A DNA stretch of 64,000 nt. Origin: Octopus vulgaris. Taxonomy: Eukaryota. Shown piece by piece: positions 12,919 to 25,271 of this stretch (position 1 is the first letter of the stretch; the number at the start of each line of letters is the position of its first letter). The DNA lies in contig OX597827.1 of NCBI GenBank assembly GCA_951406725.2, positions 76,198,001 through 76,262,000 of the forward strand, read 5' to 3'. The translations under genes and the position numbers were made by a program. The notes beneath the pieces were generated by a model. It was not told the origin of the DNA and did not search any database. It was given only the letters and a program-made list of their open reading frames with translations.

Positions 12919-13409
12919 ACTTAGCAGCTTGACAAGAGAGACTGATAGAATGAGTACCAGGCTTTTAAAAACAAAGTACTGAGGTCAATTCATTCAACTA
13001 AATGTGTTCTTGGGTTTAGGCCCACTTCATGGCATCTTGGGCAAGTATCTTGTTCTATAGCCCCAGGATAACTGAGGCATTCTTTATGGGTTTGGTTGAC
13101 AGAAAATGGAAATGAGCCCCATCGTGTGTGTGTGTACACACACACACACATGATTGATCGCTAGCCGCTAAATCTTTTTTATTTCCTCTCTCTGCTTATT
13201 TCTGTGTTCCTTTCTGTTGAAGAGCATAGGCTCGAAATGTAAAAGACTTTCTCACTTTCCGATCATTTAACTAATATGTCTGTTTGTTGTTTACATACCC
13301 GTCTTCGTCTGAAATCGATGGTGATGATGATGAGGTACACACACACACACACACACATATATAATCTTATGTTAATTTAATGATTTTATTTTATCTTTTT
13401 TTTTATAAA

Positions 13410-13435
13410 AGTATTTGTTTTCTCTTTCTTTCCAG
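13410..13435 (+). promoter_or_regulatory. Probable 3' splice acceptor of the coding exon of ZNF gene 1 (exon starts ~13436, ~390-nt 5' UTR)
   Basis: Polypyrimidine tract TTTGTTTTCTCTTTCTTTCCAG followed by non-repetitive sequence leading to the ATG. Confidence 0.6.
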
Positions 13436-13829
13436 ATGCCACTTTCCATGCTGCTCCTATGTTGAGACTTCAAAGTCCAATGTAATTCGAATTCGAAGAA
13501 TCCCTGGAGTTGCCAGAAATACATCTATCCTTTCCCACCATCCTCTACACTTATGAGTATGTGGCACGTTGAATAAATTTTGATTTTAAGGCTGGTCTTC
13601 TGTTCATGGGCCGCTGAGAACATTGTTAGTCTTGTGACGTCTGTGAAACTACATTCAATTCAGACATACATAGAACAGACAAGAAAAAAATAACAGCAAC
13701 GACAACATTGACAACAACATTAACAGCAACAACAACAATACTCAATGTTCTTCTCATTTCCACATTTGATTGATTTTTAAACTTGGATAAACTGATTCCT
13801 TATCGCACAAGTACCAATCCATTGCCAAG

Positions 13830-16247
13830 ATGTATCCTTTTCAACCAATGTTTCCGATGACCAATCAACCACCGCTGTACAGTGGGCAGCCAGTTTATCC
13901 AAGCAGTTATCCAAAATGTCCAGAAAAGACAATGCCACTTGCTGAAAAGACTTACAGTTCAGGTGAGATGGGCAGGAAAGATGTTCCTACCACTCTAGGA
14001 TCACCTTCAGCAATGGACGAAGCTGGCAGAGAGTCCCTTCCACCCCATCACTCTCCCTCTCATATGTATGACAATAAGCAACCGCAACATCAGCCACTGG
14101 AAAAAGATTTCCAGTGTAGTTTCTGTAAAAAAGGATTCTCAAATCAGTTTTTTCTAAAGAACCATGAACTCACTCACACAGGACTGAAGCCCTTTGAGTG
14201 CAGTTACTGTGGAAAAGCCTTCACACAGAAAATCAACCTTAAAAATCATCTGCGAACTCACACTGGGGAGAAGCCATTCCAGTGTACAGTTTGTAATAAA
14301 TCTTTTAGTCAGCGTGGTAATTTGAAGCTTCACCTTAGAACGCACACTGGGGAGAAACCCTTTGCCTGTGATGTCTGTGGGAAAGCCTTTTCCCAGAAGA
14401 TTAATTTAAACGACCACAAAAGACTTCACACAGGAGAGCTCTACTATTGTCAGTTCTGCAAGAAACCGTTTTGTAACCAGTTTTTTCTAAAGATACACGA
14501 ACGTACACATACAGGGGAACTGTATAAATGCACATTCTGTACAAAATCTTTCACTTTACAGATAAATTTGAAAAATCACTTAAGGACACACACAGGGGAG
14601 AAACCATTCCAATGTAATGTCTGTAATAAAGCATTTAGTCAGAGAGGAAACTTAAAACTTCATTTGAGGACCCATACAGGAGAGAAGCCATTTGCGTGTG
14701 ACATATGTGGAAAGGCCTTTTCTCAAAAGATCAACTTGAATGATCATAAGCGTATACACACTGGAGAGTTATTTTATTGTAGCTACTGCAAGAAATCGTT
14801 TTGTAACCAGTTTTTTTTGAAGATCCATGAGCGTACACACACTGGGGAAGTGTTTAAATGTGAATATTGCAGCAAAACATTTTCACAGAAAATCAATCTT
14901 AAAAATCACGAACGAACACACACTGGTGACCGACCGTTTCAGTGCCATGTTTGTTCAAAAGCTTTTAGCCAAAGAGGTAACTTAAAACTCCATCTCCGAA
15001 CGCATACAGGTGAGAAACCCTTTGCCTGTGATGTCTGTGGGAAAGCCTTTTCCCAGAAGATTAATTTAAACGACCACAAAAGACTTCACACAGGAGAGCT
15101 CTACTATTGTCAGTTCTGCAAGAAACCGTTTTGTAACCAGTTTTTCCTCAAAATCCACGAACGTATCCACACCGGGGAGCTGTATAAATGTGATTATTGT
15201 CCCAAAGAATTTACTCTTCAAATAAATTTGAAAAATCACATGAGAACTCACACAGGGGAAAAGCCATTTAAATGTAACCTGTGTGACAAAGCTTTTAGCC
15301 AGAGAGGTAATTTGAAGCTTCACCTTCGCACCCATGCTGGAGAGAAACCATACTGTTGTGACCTTTGTCCTAAGGTATTCTCGCAGGCTGGTAACTTGAA
15401 AACTCATCTTCGTACTCATACTGGAGAGAAGCCATTTAAGTGTGAAAGTTGTGGGAAATCGTTCTCGCAAAAGGCAAACTTAAACAATCATAGGCGCACA
15501 CGTACCGGTTGTGAACTCTTCACGAAGAATCCACAACCCCCGGCATCGCAAATGCATTCGCTGTCATCTCCAAACTCTTCTTCATCTTTGTTGAACAGTG
15601 GAAGCCGAATGAGTCATCAGTCCTCGAACCACACCCAAGAAAAGCCTCCGTCTGCATTCAGCACATGTGAGAGTGAATCTCATATTGCCACTCACAAACG
15701 GCCTCGACCCGGCTGCGAACCTCCCCTCCCTCAACCGCCCCCTTCAATGTTGAGTGGGAACAGCACGCCTACTCACTCCACACATCCGCAGAACAAAAGC
15801 TCTTCCCCATTTAATACATACAGTCCAGAAACACACAGCAACAAACATCATCAGCACATACCAAATTCTTCATCACCACCAATCTCATCGTCTTCACATA
15901 AAAACAGCATGAAAGTCAATCAGGGTGGTTCACCCCACCCCGGGCCCATGTCATTAGCACATCACCGAGATCCTCATGTGCAATCCACTCAGTTACAGAC
16001 CCCTTCGATCCCAGTCTCTCATACATCCACCCCAGCATATCTGCACGAAATGCCACAGAGTTGGGAGAGCAACTATCTGTGGTCTAGAGGGTACCCCATG
16101 CCTCCTTTGCTTGGTTCTAGCTGGCCTAGCGTTCCTTCCGGCTATTCCTGTGGGGTCAAGCAAGGTAAACAAACTTCTTGGAACAACATCCAAGGCATCC
16201 ACGCACCTTCTAAGAGTAACTCCGACCACTACGGCAATGACAAATAA
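13830..16247 (+). CDS. C2H2 zinc-finger protein (805 aa): 16 intact fingers + 1 degenerate terminal finger, Pro/Ser/His-rich N- and C-terminal regions
   Basis: Uninterrupted ORF; repeated CxxC-x12-HxxxH with TGEKP/TGEL linkers at 14109-15512; start context GCCAAGATG; no KRAB/BTB/SCAN-like domain recognisable. Confidence 0.95.
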   Translation: MYPFQPMFPMTNQPPLYSGQPVYPSSYPKCPEKTMPLAEKTYSSGEMGRKDVPTTLGSPSAMDEAGRESLPPHHSPSHMYDNKQPQHQPLEKDFQCSFCKKGFSNQFFLKNHELTHTGLKPFECSYCGKAFTQKINLKNHLRTHTGEKPFQCTVCNKSFSQRGNLKLHLRTHTGEKPFACDVCGKAFSQKINLNDHKRLHTGELYYCQFCKKPFCNQFFLKIHERTHTGELYKCTFCTKSFTLQINLKNHLRTHTGEKPFQCNVCNKAFSQRGNLKLHLRTHTGEKPFACDICGKAFSQKINLNDHKRIHTGELFYCSYCKKSFCNQFFLKIHERTHTGEVFKCEYCSKTFSQKINLKNHERTHTGDRPFQCHVCSKAFSQRGNLKLHLRTHTGEKPFACDVCGKAFSQKINLNDHKRLHTGELYYCQFCKKPFCNQFFLKIHERIHTGELYKCDYCPKEFTLQINLKNHMRTHTGEKPFKCNLCDKAFSQRGNLKLHLRTHAGEKPYCCDLCPKVFSQAGNLKTHLRTHTGEKPFKCESCGKSFSQKANLNNHRRTRTGCELFTKNPQPPASQMHSLSSPNSSSSLLNSGSRMSHQSSNHTQEKPPSAFSTCESESHIATHKRPRPGCEPPLPQPPPSMLSGNSTPTHSTHPQNKSSSPFNTYSPETHSNKHHQHIPNSSSPPISSSSHKNSMKVNQGGSPHPGPMSLAHHRDPHVQSTQLQTPSIPVSHTSTPAYLHEMPQSWESNYLWSRGYPMPPLLGSSWPSVPSGYSCGVKQGKQTSWNNIQGIHAPSKSNSDHYGNDK

Positions 16248-17111
16248 CAATTAAAAAATTAAAAACCTAACCAATCAAACAACCAATAATATTTGGAACA
16301 TTCATAGATATGAATAACAACAGCAGCAGCAGCACAAACTGTTAATATTAGTAGTTGTAATGATAGTAATAATGATAATAATAATAATAATAATAATCAT
16401 AATAATAATTAAAAACACCTTGAACCTTTTCTTTCCCTGTCTACTTAATTATGTTTCCTCAACTTTGATTTTATAACTCAACCCGTGTTTCGAATTTCAT
16501 TTTATCAATGGTGTTAACACTTCCTTCATTGGAATTTCATGAAAATTTTGTCAAAGCAGTCTGTCCTACAAAGTGAGACATTTCTTCCCCCCTACCCTGA
16601 AAAAGCAGAATCTGTGCTGGCCAAATTCTAATATTAGAAACTCACCAAAAGTTTTGACGACTGTTATGGCTCCTCTTGATAATTTAAATTTTTTTTAAAA
16701 ATTCTTTTTTTTTTAATGGAGAAGAGCTGCTGTGTTGTAAAAGCATCTGATTGATTTTTAGCTCAGTGTCTCCTGCCTTGATGCCTCTTACAGTATATAA
16801 ATATATGACAGACTCTGTTATTGAATACGTTTTATGCAAACATCACGGACTCCTCTTTCCAGCTTGAACATTTCTTCAGAAAGATACAGTATTTGTAGCA
16901 ATTGCGATTTATGTTCTTGTTCTGTGTGTGTATATGTATGTATGTATGTGCATATATATATATATATGTATGTATGTATGTATGTGCATATATATATATA
17001 TATATGCATTGCAATATTTATTATATGTATTGGCTAATGATTGAGAGAGTTAAATTTGCACAGATAATTAATTTGATACAGAAATATCTTATACATAGAT
17101 GTGTGCAAGTA

Positions 17112-17155
<44 letters not shown>

Positions 17156-18054
17156 AGTACACACATATATGTATATGTGTGTATATGGTACTTTGCTTGA
17201 TGCATTGTGGTGTATTATATATGTGTGCATGTATTTATGTATTTATACACCCACACAAAAACCTCTAATAATATTGGATAAGGATTTCAGTTGTGAGATT
17301 TTTGTTTATGCTTTAATTAGCTCTCAGTCGATTAAGTTTCATTCTTTGTTAATTGGCATCCTCTGATGAAAAAAAAATCTTTGTAAACAAATATATGGGA
17401 GTAGATTGATTGGTTTCTACAGGTGTATGGTGAGGGATCCATACTCCAGAGGCTTGTAGTGATCTGACATTGATGTGACACAATAATTGTTTTATAAACA
17501 ATAAGTTTTACAAAGGGCAGTGAATTTGCAGAAACTGTAGAGCATCTGGCTAAACATTTAACAGTTTATAGATTTGAAACGCTGTGATCTGAGTTCAAAT
17601 TACACAGGATACAGCATTAACTTCCATCCTTTGAAAAAAATCTATTGATTAAGTAGCAGTAATACAATGGGTCGATTTAATTGACATAGTACTTCACCTA
17701 CAGACACTTGTTTTGTGCTTATCCCTTTTAGTACCAATCCACCTGAAACTGGTTCTACAAAGCAAATTTCCTATTTTAAAGGGATCTAAATTAAAAGCTT
17801 CCATAAAAAGTTTGTGTCAATTTATGTTCCAAACATCAACTTAATAACGACAAAATTATTTTTATTAACTTCTTTGGTCCTTGGCATTATATTGTATTCC
17901 AGTTACAGATATATGGGGGCAGCTATCCTTATTATACACTGAAGTAATTGAGCCTTAATCCTAGTCTTCATCATAACACAAGTGTCCATTACCACAACAT
18001 TCCAGGGGTTGATAGCATAAAGTGCCAGTCAAGGACTGAAATCCATTTCAGGAC

Positions 18055-18920
18055 ACCCTATTACAGACTACCTCGTTGACAAATGACAGTGACCTTCTCT
18101 TCATGGCAGGTGACTTCAATGGACATGTTGGGCGGCATGTTGGGGGCTTCCATGGCATACACGGGGGCTACGGTTATGGTTCTCGCAATGAGGAGGCAAC
18201 CAGGCTGCTGGAGTTCTGCGATGCAAATGACCTTATGATTTGGAATACCAACTTCAGGAAACCCACCTCTCACCTAGTCACCTACCGTTCTGGCAGACAC
18301 ACTAGCCAGATCGACTACATCCTCGCCAGAAAGAGGGAAAGAGGGCTGCTTATAAATGCCAAAACCTTTCCAGGCGAGGAATGTACTCCTCAACATAGAT
18401 TAGTAGTTAGCGACTTCTGGATCAGGGCCAAATGGCTGCCCAGAAGAAGACCAGCTCGGAGGAGAGGGCCTGGAAACTTAAAGATCCTGTAAATGGACAG
18501 AGATTTAGAGAAGTCCTACTCGAAGCTTTCGACGAAATACAAGGGGATATGGCATCACATAATGTGGAAACCAACTGGAGGTTTCTACGGGACAATCTGC
18601 TGAGTGCCACTGACCAGATCAGTGGATGGAACAAAGTCCCATCTCGTCCCAGGGTAACGTGGTGGTGGAACAATGTTGTAGACAGGGCTATTAGAGACAA
18701 GAGACAGGCTTGGAAGGACTGGAGGAATGGCAGTAGTAGGGAATTGTATCAGACTGCGAAAAGAGAAGCTAGGAGACAGGTATATTTAGCCAGAGGGGAA
18801 GCAGATAAGAAAAAATTTGCCAATGTTCTGCGCCGTGGGGACCAAAGACTTGAGGTGTCTTGTGTTGCAAGACAGTGTGTGAGAGAGAATCATGATGTGG
18901 TAGGAGAGAAATGTGTTTGC
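18055..18920 (+). mobile_element. LINE (RTE-like) fragment, AP-endonuclease region, frameshifted
   Basis: GDFNGHVG, SQIDYIL, HRLVV motifs, then WWWN; split across ORFs 18076-18492 and 18432-18956. Confidence 0.9.
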
Positions 18921-19589
18921 ATGGTCCAATCAATGGAACAACCTGCAAGTGGCTGAGTACTCCACAGATATATGTACTCTTAAGATAGTCCTCAGGGAGA
19001 TTTGGCATGATACAGAATATGACAAAATTGACCTTTTGAAATACAAGTACTACTCATTTTTACCAGCTGAGTGAACTGGAGCAACATGAAATAAAGTGTC
19101 TTGCTCAAGGACATAATTCACCATTAAGAATTGAACTCACAACTTTACAATCGTGAGCCAAATACCCTAACCTCTAAGCCACGTGCCTTGTAAAAGGAAT
19201 AACTTTAAAAGATGTCCACATGTCTGTTAGCGAATTGATGCTTACACTATCTCACCCGTATCCCTACACGGCTGATAACGCCTTAATGTGTGTCTCCTCA
19301 ACATAGAACCATGTAAAATAATCCAAGCTACAGAGGTTCAAGTTACCCTGTAGGCACAGAAATAAGTACCAGATCCTTCTGTGAAAGTTACTTCTAATAA
19401 ACTAGGACCCTGTCCGGGGTTAGATTTCTCTCTTACATCTTACGGATTTGCTTTGTGTGAGGAATTTTTTTTTTTTTTTTGTCTTCAATATAAATAAATT
19501 TAAGCTATTTGTAAACTGGAAACAATTGAAGTTATTTTTGAGTCATTGGTAACTGAAACAATTTAGGCAGTTTCTAGCAAACAAGGGGC

Positions 19590-19800
19590 TGTGTTTATGG
19601 TATCACTTAACCTGCAAGAAATAGCAGCAGCCAAATCTCCCTTAAATTATATTTAACATCTTGAAAAGTGAGGGACCCATTAGATAATGTAATACTAGAA
19701 AGGTAATGCTGTCCAAAAGAAGGGCAGATCTGTTGTGATTGTAACACACTTGATCATAGGTCTGCTCAATTAAGGTTTGCCTGGGGCTAAACAACTGCAG
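19590..19800 (+). repeat. Unclassified interspersed repeat family D (also ~38640-38810, 44610-44750, 48220-48355, 51690-51890(-), 53530-53670)
   Basis: Recurrent AGAAATAGCAGCCAAATCT...GATCATAGGTCTGCT...CCTGGGGCTAAACAAC. Confidence 0.6.
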
Positions 19801-20370
19801 CAGTCTACGTTATTTGTAGACTGTGAGCTGGATATTTTTGGAAGTTTCTAATGAGAAAGATGTGTGACAAAGTCACAGAAAGATGTCAAGGCCAGACAAG
19901 AGTGAGGTCACTGAGGAGACAGTTCCCAAGAAATTATATGTTAGTGTGAGAAGGAAGAGGTTGCATAAGGAGGGAAGATGCCATGAGAACTTCACAAGCA
20001 GATAATTTTGAAACCAAACTAAATTCTAATAATTAATCACTTTAAAAAAGTCTGTTTTTCTGAAAATTTATTAATTAATTATTGTTACATTCATTTTATA
20101 GTTCTTATTTTTTGTAAGATAAAAAAATATTTCAACTTTATTCTCAAGTATACACGTGTATATGTATATATTTGTGTGTGTGTATATATATTATATACAT
20201 ATGGATAGATATACACATATATATAGATATGTGTATATGTGTACATATGTATGTGTGTGTGTGTGTATATGAATATATGATTATATATACATCATTCATT
20301 TCCTGGTTTTACGTCCATATTTTCATGCTACTATGAGTTATATGTCTGTTTTATATACATATGTATGTGC

Positions 20371-20415
<45 letters not shown>

Positions 20416-20641
20416 AGAGGAAAAATTATAAAAAGGCAGAATTCTAAATTGAAGGTAAATTTTAATAAAAATGGGTGTATGGAAAATTTTAAAAATTAAA
20501 AAATAATAATTATTATTCTTTTAATTTTCCATACACCCATTTTTATTAAAATTTACCTTCAATTTAGCATTCTGCCTTTTTACAATTTTTCCTCTCCTAT
20601 CATTTCTCCACGTGCGGTCAACACAACCCCACCATTTATTG

Positions 20642-20685
<44 letters not shown>

Positions 20686-21405
20686 TGCATACATATGTGC
20701 ACATGTACATACATCTAACTAATAAATGTATGTATTTATTATCCTTTGTACGCTATATATTTATTATAAACTTATTGTCTGTGTATGTATACATGGTGTG
20801 TCTACTTGCAAGAAGTCTTAGTATGTAAGTCACAATGAAGGTATCAAATTTTGCCAAATGTGAAGTCAATGTAGAACATCGTATTCCGCATTGCCTCAAA
20901 TAGTTTGAATGTTGAAGGGGATAAGATACCGGGGCCTCTGAGAATGATGTGTGCAAAGAAAACAGATGGCTAGAGGTATCTCATCTGCTTCACAACATGA
21001 GATCGGAGTTCAGTACAGCCCTTAGCTAACCCCCTTCTCTCCTCAGGATTAGAAGACCTTTATGCTTTGGAAGAGGTTTTGTTTGAGAGCAGATAAGTCT
21101 TAAAAAGGAAAGGACAATAATTTAATTAATTTGTCTTACTTTGGGACATACTGTGTTCATTAACGTATGCTAGTGTGTATTTACACGTGTGTGTGTGTGT
21201 GTGCAGTATATATATGTGTATATACACACACATACACGCATATGTCCACACCTACAACCTACACACTACTTGTGTACATAGATGTGTGTGTATATATAAA
21301 TATATATATATATACATGTGTATATATATAAATATATATATACACGCACATGTATAAATACATAAATATATGTATATGTGTGTGTATAAATATGTATATG
21401 TATGT

Positions 21406-21452
<47 letters not shown>

Positions 21453-21980
21453 TATATATTCATGTAATTCTGTATCAATGCATTTTATATACATGCACTA
21501 ACTGTATGTATCAACAGGTATATTTTTAAATGTTTGTTTTTTTTAAAAAAAGATTTTTTTTATTTTTCATCATTGATTATTATTATTATTATTATTATTA
21601 TCATCATCATCATCATTATCATTATTATTTTAATTTTTTTTTTTTTTTTGCCTTACCAATTTCCAGTGTTCCATTCTAATATATCTACTGTAATGCGCAG
21701 CTGGTGCCTTTTGGTTGTCACTGCTGCCCATGTTGTACGTTTCTAATATACATATATATATATAAATATATATATATATATTTCTCTCTTTATAAAAAAA
21801 AAATGTCCCAAAATTCACACAGTTATACCTCACAGTTGCCAACCTAAACATCCTGCCTCTAATATAAACTTTGTTTCTTTCACTAACAAACAACCATTTC
21901 ATTAAAAGATGACGATGATGAATTAATATTGTTATTACAATTATTATTGTTATTATCAGATTTATCAATATCATTATTAT

Positions 21981-22345
21981 TAAGGTGGCGAACTGGCAGA
22001 GACATTAGTATGCCAAACAAAATGCTTAGCGGCATTTCATCCATCCTGAGTTCAAATTCTGCCGAGGTCGACTTTGCCTTTCATCCTTTCAGGGGTCGAT
22101 AAATCAAGTACCAGTGAAGTGCTGGGGTCGATGTAATCGACTAACCCGCTCCCCACAAATTCCAGGCCTTGTGCCTATAGTAGAAAGGATTATTATTATT
22201 ATTATTTCATTTCTTTACAGAACTGAGTTCAAATTCAACAGGGGTGGCTTTGCCTTTCTTTCCTTTAGCATGTCAATTAAATATTTAGTCATCAACTGCA
22301 TTCCACCCCAAGAATCTTGTGGCCTTGAGTCTAAGTTACTGATTG

Positions 22346-22393
<48 letters not shown>

Positions 22394-23526
22394 GGATGGC
22401 AAGCTGGCAAAATCATTCTCATTTCAGAGAAAGTGCTTAGTGGCATTTCTCCACCCTGTTTGTGCTGAGCTCAAATCCTGCCAAGGTCAACATTGCCTTT
22501 AAAATCCCTTCGGGGGTCGCTAAAATAAAGTACCAGCTGAACACTGGGGTTGCTGTAACCAACTAAACCCCTCTCCTTAAAATACTGGCCCTCTGCCAAA
22601 GTGAGCCAGCAGAATCGTTAGAATGCCAGACAAGATGTTTAGCGGCATTTTTGATCTTTACATTCTGAGTTCAAATGCCAGTGATTCTTTCTGGATCGAT
22701 AAAATAAGGACCAGTTCAGCGCTGGCCTGGCGTTGGTGGAATTGAGTAACCAACCCTGCTAAAAATTTGCTGACTTCGTGTCAAAATCTGAAACCATTTT
22801 TATTATTATTATTATTATTATTAGGTGGTAAGCTTGGTAGAATCGTTAGCACACTAGGCAAAGTGCTTAGCAGTATTTTGTCTGTCTTGACATTCTGAGT
22901 TCAAATTCCACCGAGGTCGACTTTGCCTTTCATTCTTTCAGGGTTGATAAAATAAGTACCAAGTGAGCACTGCTGGGGTCAATTTCATCAACTGACCTCT
23001 TCGCCCAAAATTGCCAAAATTGGAAATTATTATTAGGGCAGCGTGCTGGCAGAGTTGTTAGCGTGCTGGATGAAATGCTTAGTGGTATTTTGTCTGTCAC
23101 TACGTCCTGAGTTGAAATTCCACCAAGGTCGACTTTACCTTTGATCCTTTCAGGGGTTGATAAATTAATAAGTACCAGTCAAGTACTGGAGTCGACTATC
23201 CCTCTTCCCCAAACTTGCTGCCCTTGTGGCAAAACCCAAATTTGAAACCATTATTATTATTATTATTATTATTTTCCACCATCCTTGCTGTTGAATTTTC
23301 AACTCCTTCTGCTGTAGATGTTTTACCATGTCCTTAAACAAGACACTTAACACTATTTGCCTTTCATAAGGGCTTTGTGCCTGACTTAAAACTTTTTTTT
23401 TATTATCATCGTCATCTGTATGAATATTATTATTATTATTATTGTTGTTGTTACTATTATTATTATTATTATCATTCTGGCTTTGTGCCAAGATTTGAAA
23501 TCATTATTATTATTATTATTATTATT

Positions 23527-23567
<41 letters not shown>

Positions 23568-23821
23568 GTGAGAAACTTAGTGGAGTTGGCACTTGGGGAA
23601 AGAAAGACACTGAGAGGAAGCGCCTAGTCTGGTGATCACCACTTCCAGGTTCAAACGTTGTTGGGGTCGACTTTGCCTTTTGTTCCTCTGGGTTCAAGTC
23701 AGCTAACTATACACCTTCCTCTTACCCCTACCCACTACCTCCCCATCCTGCCCCTTCCCATCCCCCACCTCTTACATATTGCTTTGTACCACACAAATTG
23801 TTCTTGTTACTGTTGTTATTA

Positions 23822-23866
<45 letters not shown>

Positions 23867-23940
23867 GTACTGGGTTTCATAGTATCAGCTAATCCTCTCT
23901 CCTCAAAAAAATTGCTGGCCTTGTGCCTAAATCAGAATCA

Positions 23941-23973
<33 letters not shown>

Positions 23974-24320
23974 TATTTATTGGCAAGCTGGCAGAACTGG
24001 TAGCCTACTGGACAAAGTGCTTAGCAGCATTTTCATCCATCTGTACATTGTGAGTTCAAATTCTGCCAAGGTCAACTTTGCTTTACATCTTTTTTTGGGG
24101 GGGGTGGGGGTGAATAAAATATGTACCAGTTGAACTCTGGGGGGTCGATGTAATTGACTTACCTCCCCACTTCACCCCACCTCGAAATTACTGGCCTCGT
24201 GCCAAAATTTGAGACCATTATTATTATTATTATTATTATTATTGATGTAACTGACTAGCTCCCTCCCCAACAATTTCAGGTCGTGTACCTATAGTAGGAA
24301 GGATTATTATTATTATTATT
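21981..24320 (+). mobile_element. Head-to-tail array of ~9-10 full or partial tRNA-derived SINE family B copies separated by (ATT)n
   Basis: Repeated AAGGTGGCGAGCTGGCAGAA...GAGTTCAAATTCC...GTCGACTTTGCCTTTCATCCTTT...AAGTACCAGT...CTGGGGTC units. Confidence 0.9.
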
Positions 24321-24818
24321 ATTACTATTGGAAAATATCAAATACATATGGTGACCTCCTCCCCCCGCTTCACCCCACCACCACCCCCGTCCTATCTCCT
24401 CCCCCTCCCCAATCCCCCGCCATACCCTTACCCCTCGCACCACACACACCTAACCAAGGACTAACCTAATAACATCTGCTAATAAGATGCTAATATGATG
24501 CTAATATCTCCTGAAAGGGGTTTTTATGTAGCCCCTTAAGAGAGAGCCTGTCTTCTAATATGAACTTCCTTTGATGGCTGACCCCTAAACCAGGCAGCCA
24601 TGCCAACTTCTAATATTTACCCCCTTCCCCCACCTCGGTGTCATTTAATGTCAAAGGTTTTGTTGTTTCTTGTTTTATTTTTGTTGTTTCTTTTTTTTCT
24701 TTTCTTTAGGATTTTTTCTGTAATGTTCCATATCTTGAGTGTGTTTTCCAACAGAGAGACTAATATATATACATATACATACATACATATATGAGTTTGT
24801 GCTGTTTATATGTAACAT

Positions 24819-24859
<41 letters not shown>

Positions 24860-24861
24860 AA

Positions 24862-24895
<34 letters not shown>

Positions 24896-24937
24896 CAATG
24901 TGTGTATATTTGAATGCTATACATATATGTGTGTGTG

Positions 24938-24999
<62 letters not shown>

Positions 25000-25271
25000 T
25001 GTATAATGTGTAGTGGCATCAGTGGTAGTGGTACAGTTGTGTGGGTTGAACTATGTAAAATATAAGAGGAACAAACCAAGCTGTTTCTTGCAATAGATAC
25101 ACCCAAAGCAAAATTCTTCATGGATCCTTAAAATTCTACTGTGGATCCCCAATTTACCACTTTGTTAGCATGAACCTCCAAAAATCTTATATTGACCCTA
25201 ACTGAGAACCACTGATCTAAAGTGACCAGTTGTACGTCACGCGAGTGGTAGTCATTATCTGTTCACCAGGT

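Noticed and set aside
21981-24320. Repeat-spacer pattern superficially like a CRISPR array
   Set aside because: Units are ~200-bp SINEs with microsatellite spacers in eukaryotic DNA; no cas genes
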